From a bacterium (GTDB taxonomy: Bacteria; Patescibacteriota; Minisyncoccia; Minisyncoccales; CG1-02-41-26), in contig JAUSHZ010000012.1 in the NCBI GenBank assembly GCA_030648255.1, positions 1 to 60,697 on the forward strand: a stretch of DNA of 60,697 nucleotides, read 5' to 3'. The notes below the pieces were generated by a model that was given only the letters and a program-made list of their open reading frames with translations, did no database searches and was not told the DNA's origin. Position numbers and translations under genes: made by a program. Positions 27,090 through 36,400 of this stretch are shown here, in pieces (within the stretch, counting starts at the first letter, position 1; every line of letters starts with the position of its first letter).

Positions 27090-27102
27090 AAGACTTATAT
27101 TT

Positions 27103-27214
27103 ATGCGCCTATTTACCAAACAATTATTATTTATCCTCACGGCTGTGGCTGTTATCGCCTCTGGGGCTTAAAATCAATCCGATTTTGGGGTTAAAGCCAA
27201 CAGCTTGGCTTTAA
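27103..27214 (+). pseudogene. Degraded N-terminal fragment of a LamG-family paralog
   Basis: ATG 27103 reads MRLFTKQLLFILTAVAVIASGA then a stop. One frame over it reads LKINPILG. Compare MSKFLKQLLFISLG...KLKINPILGHDL at the start of the 30776 gene. Confidence 0.6.
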
Positions 27215-27309
27215 CGGGAATTTTAGCCAAATGCTTTTGGCGTAAAAATTCACAGGGTCGGGCGGAATGTAATGTTTTTCTTTTTCCGCCCGAAAACATA
27301 TTTAATTTT

Positions 27310-29445
27310 ATGAAGAGATTTACAAAACAGTTTATATTTATTCTTGTAGCAGGTGTAATAATTACTGCAGGTGGTTTGATAATTAAAGCTGGAGTGGGAA
27401 ACATTAAAGTGAACCCTATACTTGGACATGATTTGGATTTGAATGCTTTGTATTATGGGCAGGCGGCGAATAATACGGTGCACGATATTACTACGCAGGA
27501 TATTAGTGTGAGTGCGTGGGTGAAGGTGGATGTGGATGCGGGGGCAACACAATTTATTGTATCAAAAGCAACTGGGACTGGGGGACAGGGCGGTTATATT
27601 TTATATCTCACCAGTAATAAAATAAGATTGTTTGCCACTGATAATGCTGATGTTTATACAATAACTGGCAATACGGCTATAAACGACAATAAATGGCATT
27701 ATGTTTCAGCGGTTATTGATAGAAGCGATGCTACGCAATGTAAAATATATTTAGATGGAGTTGAAGATGGAGCAACAGTAAAAAGCGGCACATTGGCAAG
27801 TATAGATTCTATAACAAGCACTCAAACATTTAAAATGGGAGTTGCTGGTGTTATCCTTGACGGGCAAATCCGTGATGTGAAATTGTATTATGCCGCAGGC
27901 GACCATTGGAGTGATAGCCAAGTGTTGTATCAAGCTCAGCATCCGTTTGATTATACTGCCAACGCTGGCACGCTTACGGATTACTGGCGTTTGGACGAGG
28001 GGAGTGGCACTACTCTGTATGGCAAGGTGAATAACTTAACTTTGAGCAATGTTTTGGCGTGGACAACCCAGCCCAAGATTAAAATGGTTAATCAGGAGAA
28101 TGCGACTACTACGGGGAATAATCCTGTGGGGTGGTGGAAAATGGATGAGGGGACAGCAAGCACAACTTATGATAGTTCTGGCAATGGCAACACTGGAACA
28201 TTGACTGGCGGAGTTCAGTGGGCTACTGGCAAGCTGGGTAAGGGGTTGAGCTTTGATGGGGTGAATGATTATGTGAGTGTTGGAACTTCAACGACTTTAA
28301 GACCAACTAAAATTACTGTCTCATTTTGGGGATATAGATATTCTCAAGCGTATGCGCCACTTGCCATTTCTGCTGGGGCGTTAGGAGGGAGTGGTGGGGG
28401 TGGCTATCATATTAGCTATTTAAACACATTTTACATATACAAAGCAGTTGGGGCTTCAGGTTTATGCACTGCTCCTGTGGGTGTTGATTATCTCAATCAA
28501 TGGGTGCATATTGTTGGAACTTATGATGGAGTAAATGTTAGAATTTATCAAAATGGTGTAGAAATTGGGACTGGAACATCTTGCGTTGGAAGTATAACAT
28601 ACAATCTTCCCGCTGGGACTACGATTGCTATTGGCAGTATGGGTTATTTAATGCCAAGTCAGGTATTCAAAGGTTCTATAGACGATGTCCGCATATACAA
28701 CAGGGCGTTGTCAGCCGGGGAGGTGGGGCAGATGTATAACTCTACCAAAGACGGATACTTGGGGAAGATAAAAATGAGCACGGGCTTGGTGGGGTATTGG
28801 AAGCTGGACGAGGCAAGTTGGAATGGCACGACTAACGAAGTGATTGATTATTCTGGGAAGTTAAATCACGGAACAAGCGTAAGTGGGGCAAACACTACCT
28901 CAACGGCTAAAATAGGCAGAGCAGGAAGTTTTAATGGCACAAATGATTATGTGAGCGTGGCAGACAGCGTTTCCATTTCGCCCACTTCCGCTATCACAAT
29001 TTCAATGTGGGCAAAGTTAGTTAGTAAATTACAAGCAGGGGGAGCTTCGCTTATAGCTAAAAATCCAACAGCGGATTCAACTAATTATGACTATATGCTT
29101 TATATAGGCAGTGATGGAAGCTCTATGAGTTTTTATTTTAAAAACAGTGCAGGTTCAGCAGATAATCTTCCAATTACTATGACTGTGTTTGATTCAAGCT
29201 GGCACCTCTACACTGCAACTTTTGACGGAGATATTATGAAATTGTATGTTGACGGGGTTGCCACTTCTTCTAAAGATACTACCCTAACAAACATAAGGGA
29301 CTCGGCTGGGTTGCTAACTTTTGGCAAGGGATATTCTACTAATAGGGTTAGGGGAGTTATTGATGATTTAAAGATTTGGAATTATGCGAGGAGCGGGGAG
29401 GACATCAAAAACGATTATGCCAAAGGCCTGGCAAGGTTGCAGTAG
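27310..29445 (+). CDS. Membrane-anchored multi-LamG (concanavalin-A-like lectin/glucanase, Laminin_G_3-type) protein, three modules
   Basis: The signal anchor is MKRFTKQFIFILVAGVIITAGG. Modules repeat the pattern W.LDEG.G....D.SG.GN.GT...FDG..DYV...DD[VL][RK]I[YW]N[RY]A. The start is set at ATG 27310. Confidence 0.8.
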   Translation: MKRFTKQFIFILVAGVIITAGGLIIKAGVGNIKVNPILGHDLDLNALYYGQAANNTVHDITTQDISVSAWVKVDVDAGATQFIVSKATGTGGQGGYILYLTSNKIRLFATDNADVYTITGNTAINDNKWHYVSAVIDRSDATQCKIYLDGVEDGATVKSGTLASIDSITSTQTFKMGVAGVILDGQIRDVKLYYAAGDHWSDSQVLYQAQHPFDYTANAGTLTDYWRLDEGSGTTLYGKVNNLTLSNVLAWTTQPKIKMVNQENATTTGNNPVGWWKMDEGTASTTYDSSGNGNTGTLTGGVQWATGKLGKGLSFDGVNDYVSVGTSTTLRPTKITVSFWGYRYSQAYAPLAISAGALGGSGGGGYHISYLNTFYIYKAVGASGLCTAPVGVDYLNQWVHIVGTYDGVNVRIYQNGVEIGTGTSCVGSITYNLPAGTTIAIGSMGYLMPSQVFKGSIDDVRIYNRALSAGEVGQMYNSTKDGYLGKIKMSTGLVGYWKLDEASWNGTTNEVIDYSGKLNHGTSVSGANTTSTAKIGRAGSFNGTNDYVSVADSVSISPTSAITISMWAKLVSKLQAGGASLIAKNPTADSTNYDYMLYIGSDGSSMSFYFKNSAGSADNLPITMTVFDSSWHLYTATFDGDIMKLYVDGVATSSKDTTLTNIRDSAGLLTFGKGYSTNRVRGVIDDLKIWNYARSGEDIKNDYAKGLARLQ

Positions 29446-29459
29446 GGCAAAGCATCATC

Positions 29460-29487
29460 TTGACAAAAAAGCATACTTTACTATAAT
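29460..29487 (+). promoter_or_regulatory. Consensus sigma70-type promoter for the AAA ATPase gene
   Basis: TTGACA lies at 29460-29465, followed by a 16-nt spacer and TATAAT at 29482-29487. It is 30 nt upstream of ATG 29518. Confidence 0.6.
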
Positions 29488-29517
29488 TAAACAGCAGTCA
29501 AACTTTAGTAATAAGCT

Positions 29518-30774
29518 ATGAAAGAACCATATATTACAAGGAAATTAGAAAATACCATTTTAAGGTATTTAAATACGCCCGAGATTATTGCGATTGTTGG
29601 GCCTCGTCAAAGTGGCAAAACTACTCTTTTAGAGAGGGTTTTTGAGCCATTGAAAAAACAAGCGGTTTTTTTAACTTTTGAGGATAAAAAAACACTTGAT
29701 TTGTTTGTTCATAATATTGATGAATTTATAGAGCTATACATTAAGCCCTATAAGTATGTTTTCCTTGACGAGTTTCAATATGCCAAAAAAGGTGGCAAGC
29801 TTTTGAAATACATTATTGATACTCAAAAGAGCAAGATTTTTATTTCTGGTTCTTCTAGTATTGAGTTAACGGTGCAGGCGGTGAAATATCTAACTGGCCG
29901 CATTTTTGTTTTTTCACTCTTTCCTTTAGATTTTGAAGAATACTTAAGATTTAAAAATCCAAATTTATTTACCTTATATTCAAAAAGAAAAATAGCATTA
30001 AGCGATTACGGCTTAAAGCCATTTTCTGCAATAAGTGAGAACATTGTTGAACAAATTCAAAATCATTATCAAGATTATGTGATTTATGGTGGCTATCCAA
30101 GAGTGGCTTTGGCTACTAATAGTGACGAGAAAAAAACTATTTTGCAAAATATTTATAACACATATTTTTTAAGGGAAGTAAAAGATATTTTGGGCTTGGT
30201 TGATGATTATAAACTAACGCAAATGATTAAGGCCTTGGCTTTGCAAATTGGCAGTTTAATTCAATATCGGGAAATTTCCGATGTTTCTGAATTAAGCTTT
30301 CAAACAGTGAAGGGTTATCTTAATTTTTTGCAAAAAACCTTTGTTGCTATTTTGGTTAAGCCATATTTCAAAAACAAAAGAACCGAAATTGTAAAAAATC
30401 CTAAGATTTATTTTTTTGATACTGGTTTGCGTAATTATATTGTTGATGATTTTCGCAAAATAGGGGATAGAACTGATAGCGGATTTTTATTAGAGAATTC
30501 CGTGGCTATGCAATTAACTAAGCAAGAAATATCTTTTAAGTTTTGGCGAACCAAGCAAAAATCAGAAGTTGATTTTGTGTTGGATTTAGGCGAAAGAAAA
30601 AAATTGGCTTTGGAAGTAAAAAAATCATTTAGGGATGGAGATTTTAACTCAAAATCAGCGAGAGATTTCAAAGCGCAACATCTGGAAGTGTCTTTATTTT
30701 TTGGCAGTTATGAGCAAAAAAGCGAAAAGCCAAAGCCAATATCGTTAAATGTGGTTTTTTTACCAATGATTTAG
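29518..30774 (+). CDS. AAA-type ATPase of the AAA_14/DUF4143 family
   Basis: The P-loop is IVGPRQSGKTTLL and Walker B is VFLDEFQY. The C-terminal region resembles a restriction-endonuclease-like fold (EVDFVL...LEVK). Confidence 0.7.
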   Translation: MKEPYITRKLENTILRYLNTPEIIAIVGPRQSGKTTLLERVFEPLKKQAVFLTFEDKKTLDLFVHNIDEFIELYIKPYKYVFLDEFQYAKKGGKLLKYIIDTQKSKIFISGSSSIELTVQAVKYLTGRIFVFSLFPLDFEEYLRFKNPNLFTLYSKRKIALSDYGLKPFSAISENIVEQIQNHYQDYVIYGGYPRVALATNSDEKKTILQNIYNTYFLREVKDILGLVDDYKLTQMIKALALQIGSLIQYREISDVSELSFQTVKGYLNFLQKTFVAILVKPYFKNKRTEIVKNPKIYFFDTGLRNYIVDDFRKIGDRTDSGFLLENSVAMQLTKQEISFKFWRTKQKSEVDFVLDLGERKKLALEVKKSFRDGDFNSKSARDFKAQHLEVSLFFGSYEQKSEKPKPISLNVVFLPMI

Positions 30775-30775
30775 C

Positions 30776-32908
30776 ATGAGCAAATTTTTAAAACAATTAT
30801 TATTTATTTCTCTCGGCATTGCCATTCTTGTGGCTGGAGGGCTTGTGATATATTCGGCTACGCCGTCGGGGAAACTGAAAATTAATCCGATTTTGGGGCA
30901 CGATTTGAATGCTAAGAATCTTTATGGGGCTTCGGGTGGGAATGTTTTGAATGTAACGACAGAAGATTTTTCGGTATCCGCTTGGGTAAATTTTCCTGTT
31001 GGGAATGTCCAAAGTCAAGTTATAATGCTAAAAACTCAGTCTTCTTATGCTTCAGGGGCTGGATATAAATTTTATTATACATCTACTAATTTATTGGATA
31101 TTCGCATAAATGACGGAACTGACGATTATCTTGTCTATTTTTCCGTTAACATCAATGACGGAAAATGGCATCATTTAGCCGCTACCATTGATAGAGACAA
31201 CGCCAACAATTGTCTTTTATATATTGACGGAGTAGTTAAAGCGGTTTCAAGAACTGGAACATTGGCAAATATTGACAGCATAACTAATACTGATAATTTT
31301 ACTGTTGCTAAAGATACTAATGGAAATGTGTATCTTAATGGTTCAATTAAGGATACAAAAATTTCTATTGGCACAGTTTGGACTGCGGCACAGATACTTT
31401 ATCAAGCCCAGCATCCGTTTGATTATACGGCTAATGCTGGCACGCTTACGGACTACTGGCGTTTGGACGAGGGGAGTGGCACTACTTTGTATGGCCTTGT
31501 GAATAACTTAACTTTGAGCAATGTTTTGGCTTGGACAACCCAGCCCAAGATTAAAATGGTTAATCAGGAGAATGCGACTACTACCAGTAATAATCCTGTG
31601 GGGTGGTGGAAGATGGATGAGGGGACAGCCAGCTCAAGTTATGACAGCTCTGGGAATGGGAATACGGGAACTTTGACAGGCGGGGTGCAATGGACTACTG
31701 GCAAGCTGGGCAAGGGGTTGAGTTTTGACGGGGTGAATGATTATGTGAGTGTGGGTGACCCTGCAAGTGGTGTTTTGGATTTCGGAATAAGTAATTTTAG
31801 TATTGGAACTTGGGTAAAGACAAGTTCTGTTCAAGCAATTAAAACAATTATATATAAAGGGGCAACAAGTGCTGCTAATAAAGGATATTGGATATATATA
31901 AATGCCACAGGAGTGGTTATTGCTAATATTGCTGATGGAACGAATAGACCTACAGCTGTTAGCACTTCTGGTTGGAATAATAACCAATGGCATTATGTGA
32001 TTGTTGTATTTAATAGGGCAGGTAATTCGCAAGTTTATATGGATGGTGTGGCAAACGGAACGCCTGCGAGTTTAGCTCCCATTGCAGGCAACACAATAGA
32101 CAATGCTTTTTCTTTTAGAATAGGCGGAACAAGTGGAGCTAATGCTTCGGCTGATGGGATTATAGACGATGTCCGCATATACAACAGGGCGTTGTCAGCC
32201 GGGGAGGTGGGGCAGATGTATAACTCTACCAAAGACGGATACTTGGGCAAGATAAAAGTAAGCACGGGCTTGGTGGGGTATTGGAAGCTGGACGATAACA
32301 ATACTTTGACTTCGGTGATTGACTACTCGGGCAAGGGCAACACAGGCACGGCTTATTCTGGCACTGCCACAAGCACTTCGGTGTTGTCCACCAGCACAGC
32401 GATGGTGGGGAGGGCGATGGGGTTTGATGGGGTGAATGATTGGGTGGGTAGCACTTATTCAAGTAATTTGAAATTAGGCAACAATGGAACGGTTTCTTTG
32501 TGGGTAAAACCAATCTCTTTGCCAAGCGGAACGCATATATTGGTTAGTTATGGAGGAAGTGGATACATCAGTGGGTATTTAGTAAGTCAAAATGGAAGTG
32601 ATTTGTATGTTTATTGGATAACAGCAGGGAGCAATATGTATGTTGCTTCTGTTTTGCAACTTAATACTTGGCAACATATAGCATTTACTAATAAAGATGG
32701 AGCTATGACTCTTTATTACAATGGCGTTAACATAAAAACGGGAAATTCGGGAGGAACTTTAACAGCCGATTGGTCTACATATATCGGTGGTGGATATTCT
32801 ACTTGGTATTTCAACGGGCTCATAGACGAGGTGAAGATTTGGAATTATGCGAGGAGCGCAGAGCAGATAGGGCAGGATTATGTGAGGGGGGTGAAAGGAT
32901 TACCTTAA
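30776..32908 (+). CDS. Membrane-anchored multi-LamG protein, paralog of 27310-29445
   Basis: It has the same anchor and module grammar. It shares about 360 nt and about 135 nt of near-identical DNA with the upstream paralog. Confidence 0.8.
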   Translation: MSKFLKQLLFISLGIAILVAGGLVIYSATPSGKLKINPILGHDLNAKNLYGASGGNVLNVTTEDFSVSAWVNFPVGNVQSQVIMLKTQSSYASGAGYKFYYTSTNLLDIRINDGTDDYLVYFSVNINDGKWHHLAATIDRDNANNCLLYIDGVVKAVSRTGTLANIDSITNTDNFTVAKDTNGNVYLNGSIKDTKISIGTVWTAAQILYQAQHPFDYTANAGTLTDYWRLDEGSGTTLYGLVNNLTLSNVLAWTTQPKIKMVNQENATTTSNNPVGWWKMDEGTASSSYDSSGNGNTGTLTGGVQWTTGKLGKGLSFDGVNDYVSVGDPASGVLDFGISNFSIGTWVKTSSVQAIKTIIYKGATSAANKGYWIYINATGVVIANIADGTNRPTAVSTSGWNNNQWHYVIVVFNRAGNSQVYMDGVANGTPASLAPIAGNTIDNAFSFRIGGTSGANASADGIIDDVRIYNRALSAGEVGQMYNSTKDGYLGKIKVSTGLVGYWKLDDNNTLTSVIDYSGKGNTGTAYSGTATSTSVLSTSTAMVGRAMGFDGVNDWVGSTYSSNLKLGNNGTVSLWVKPISLPSGTHILVSYGGSGYISGYLVSQNGSDLYVYWITAGSNMYVASVLQLNTWQHIAFTNKDGAMTLYYNGVNIKTGNSGGTLTADWSTYIGGGYSTWYFNGLIDEVKIWNYARSAEQIGQDYVRGVKGLP

Positions 32909-32913
32909 TAAGC

Positions 32914-32945
32914 AATCAATCACCAAACCAGAAATCCGAACAAAT
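32914..32945. repeat. Left arm of the inverted repeat around four-helix-bundle gene 2
   Basis: The sequence is aatcaatcaccaaaccagaaatccgaacaaat. The 28-nt core pairs with 33416-33443 with one mismatch. Confidence 0.85.
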
Positions 32946-32957
32946 TATCAAATTCCA

Positions 32958-33314
32958 ATGAACAATAACCAAAAATTTGACCTTGAAGAGAGAACTGCTA
33001 AATTTGGCGAGGATATTATAAAATTTTCCAGAAAGATAAAAAAGGATTCAACCACACTGCCACTTATTAGCCAATTAGTTAGGTCTGGGACAAGTGTTGG
33101 CGCTAACTATTTGGAAGCCGATGACGCGGAATCAAAAAAAGATTTTATCCATAAACTTAGTATTTCGCGTAAAGAGTCTAAAGAAGTAAAACACTGGTTG
33201 AGAATGATAGCCGTTGCCACCCCCGAATTAACAGAAGAAGCAAGAAAATTATGGAAAGAAGCTCAAGAATTAAATTTAATTTTTTCAGCAATTATACGCA
33301 AAAAGAAAGAATAA
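32958..33314 (+). CDS. Four-helix-bundle protein (23S rRNA IVS protein / Avd family)
   Basis: At 118 aa, it contains QLVRSGTSVGANYLEADDAESKKDFIHKLSISRKESKEVKHWLRM, which is diagnostic of the family. Confidence 0.8.
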   Translation: MNNNQKFDLEERTAKFGEDIIKFSRKIKKDSTTLPLISQLVRSGTSVGANYLEADDAESKKDFIHKLSISRKESKEVKHWLRMIAVATPELTEEARKLWKEAQELNLIFSAIIRKKKE

Positions 33315-33415
33315 GTAGCTATAAAATGACCAAACCAGAAATCAGAATACCCAAAAAATAACCAAGCCACAATACCCAATATCCAATTTCTAATTTTGGT
33401 TATTAGGATTTGGAT

Positions 33416-33449
33416 ATTTGTTCGGAATTCTGGTTTGGTGATTGGGATT
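33416..33449. repeat. Right arm of the inverted repeat around four-helix-bundle gene 2
   Basis: The sequence is atttgttcggaattctggtttggtgattgggatt. It ends 3 nt before ATG 33453 of the next LamG gene. Confidence 0.85.
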
Positions 33450-33452
33450 TAT

Positions 33453-36400
33453 ATGAAACAATTTACCAAACAACTTATATTTATCTCTCTGGGCGTTGCT
33501 ATTCTCGCAGTTGGCGGGGTTTTGATATTCGCGGTGGGGGATAAGGGGGCGGCGCCGGTGGCTCATTGGAAACTTAACGAGGGGAGCGGCAATTACGCTT
33601 ATGATTCCAGCGGCAACGCCAACACTGGCACCCTGTACTTGGGCGGCTCGGCCACCTCGTCCGCTTGGGTGAGCGGCGTTTATGGTGGCGCTATGAGTTT
33701 TGATGGCACGGATGATTATGCAGATGCGGGGAATGGGGCGAGTTTGCAAATTACAGGAAATTTAAGTGTTTCTGCTTGGATAAAAACGACCGATACTGCT
33801 GGTAGAATAATTGGGAAGTTTGAAGCCACAGATGAAAAAATAGCATATATTTTTAATATTTCTAGTGCCCCCTATTTAGGTGTTAGTGGCAACGGCACAT
33901 CTTTGGCATATCGAAATCTAAATGGCAATGCTTTAGACAACCAATGGCACCATATAGCTGGTGTCTATAATGCTACAGCTCAAACTATTTCTATGTATTT
34001 AGACGGTGTTTTATCACAAGGAACTTTGGGCGGAACTGTTCCAGCATCCATTTATAACAGTACAGGGAATGTTAAAATGGGCTATGATTATGGGGGTAAT
34101 GGTTATCTCAACGGAACTATAGACGATGTCCGCATATACAACTACGCGCGCACGGCGGATCAGGTGCGGGCGGATTACAACGATGGCAAAGCGTTATATG
34201 TGGGGGCGCGGGCGGCTGACTGCGATGTGTCGCCAGCAGATTGTGTGAACAAGGGCTTGGTGGGGTATTGGGATATGAGCCAGATGGGCGGGCAAACAGC
34301 CAGCGACAAAAGCGGCAATGGGAATAACGGCACTCTTGGCGCCTCCGCCTCAAAAGGCACAGACGACCCAACTTGGGCGCAAGGCATCCAGCCCTTTTCT
34401 GGTGGCCGGCCTGGCGGGGGAGGGTTGAGTTTTGATGGGGTGAATGATTATGTGGATGCGGGAAATAATATAGATGTTAGCTCAACGAACGCTATTACTA
34501 TTTCAGCTTGGGTTTATCCAAAAGCCAATACTGTAGCTGGAACTATTATCACCCAAAGAGACACTAATATTTTTGGACAATTTATTTTACGCCAAAGTTC
34601 AGCAGGGAATGGAAAAATAGAAATTTTCATTATAGATACCTCATCAAGACAAACTATCACTAATTTAGCCCCGACTTTGAACCAATGGACTCTTATTACA
34701 GCAGTTTGGGATAAAACTCAAAATAGCGGTAAGCCAAAAATATACTTTAATAGCGTGGAACAAACTTATAGCATACAAACTGCGGCTACGGGAGTATTAT
34801 CCACGAAACGAACTACAATAATGGGAATAAGAAGCTCAACGGAAGTCACAAACCTTTTCAACGGCCTCATAGACGATGTCCGCATATACAACAGGGCGTT
34901 GAGTGCGGCCGAAATTAGTTATCAATATAACCAAGCTAAGCCGATTGCGCAGTGGAAGTTTGACGAGGGGAGCGGCAATTATGCTTATGACAGCTCGGCT
35001 AATGCGAATACCGGCTCGCTGAATTTAGGCGGCTCGGCCACTTCGTCCGCCTGGGTAAGCGGAGCTTATGGCGGGGCTATGAGCTTTGACGGCACGGATG
35101 ATTATGTGGCTGTTAGCAACTCTATTTCAATGGCAACTGGCACCTTGAGCTTTTGGGCCAAGCCCAACACCACCACGCAAAAACTGGTTGAATTGTCGGC
35201 CAGCGATTATGTGTCTTTGGCCAGCGGGGTAGTTACTGTGGCTGGCTTTGGCACGGAAATTGTCTATGTTGACGGAAAACAAACAACAACATTTCCCGAC
35301 ACCAACTGGCATCATATTGAAATTGTGTCATCAGCCAGCATAACTGCTAACACAGTTAATTTAGGCAAAAATAGCGCGACTTATTATAATGGATTATTAG
35401 ATGATATAAGAATTTATAACTACGCGCATACTGCCGATCAGGTGCGAGCGGATTATAACAACGGCAAGGCGCTGTATGTTGGCGCGCGGGCGGCGGACTG
35501 CGATGTGTCGCCAGCGGATTGCGTCAACAAGGGCTTGGTGGGGTATTGGGATATGAGCCAGATGGGAGGGCAAACTGTGGCCGATAAAAGCGGGAATGCT
35601 AATACAGGGACCCTCGGCGCCTCCGCCGCAAGCGGCTCCGACGACCCAAGGTGGGCAAGCGGCATCCAGCCCTTTTCTGGTGGCCGGCCTGGCGGGGGAG
35701 CGTTGAGTTTTGACGGGGTGGATGACCTTGTTAGTTTTAGCAGTTTGACAGCGTATAACAGTAGCAGTTCACATAGTTATTCCGCTTGGATAAAACCAGG
35801 GGTTATGACAAGTTACAGGTGGATTATAAATAATGGAAGCGATACTCAAGGCACAAGTTTAATTCTTTATTCTGGCAAAATTGGGTTTTTTTATGCTGGC
35901 GGAAGAGCGGTTGATGTTGGCAACACTACTTTAATAGCTGGGCGGTGGTATCATATAGTCGCTGTGTATGATGGCAACGGAAATATCAACTTTTATTTAA
36001 ATGGGGCGGGAGATGGTGTTCAAACAACCGACGCAACCTATAGTTCATGGACCGCTACAAACTCTAATCCAAGATTGGGTAGTTGGACAGATGGAAGTTA
36101 CGATTTAGACGCTGTTTTAGACGACATCCGCATATACAACAGGGCGTTGAGTGCGGCCGAAATTAGTTATCAATATAACCAAGCTAAGCCGATTGCTTGG
36201 TGGAAAATGGACGAGGGCGCCGACACCGCCACCACCTGCAACGCCACGATTAGCAGTGTCTATGACTATTCGGGCAACGCTAACACTGGCACTTTGCAAA
36301 ACGCCAATGCCTCGCCCGCCACCTCGTCTATGTGGAGCGACGGTAAATACGGCTGCGCCCTCACCCTTGACGGCACGGATGATTATGTGGCTTTGGGAAC

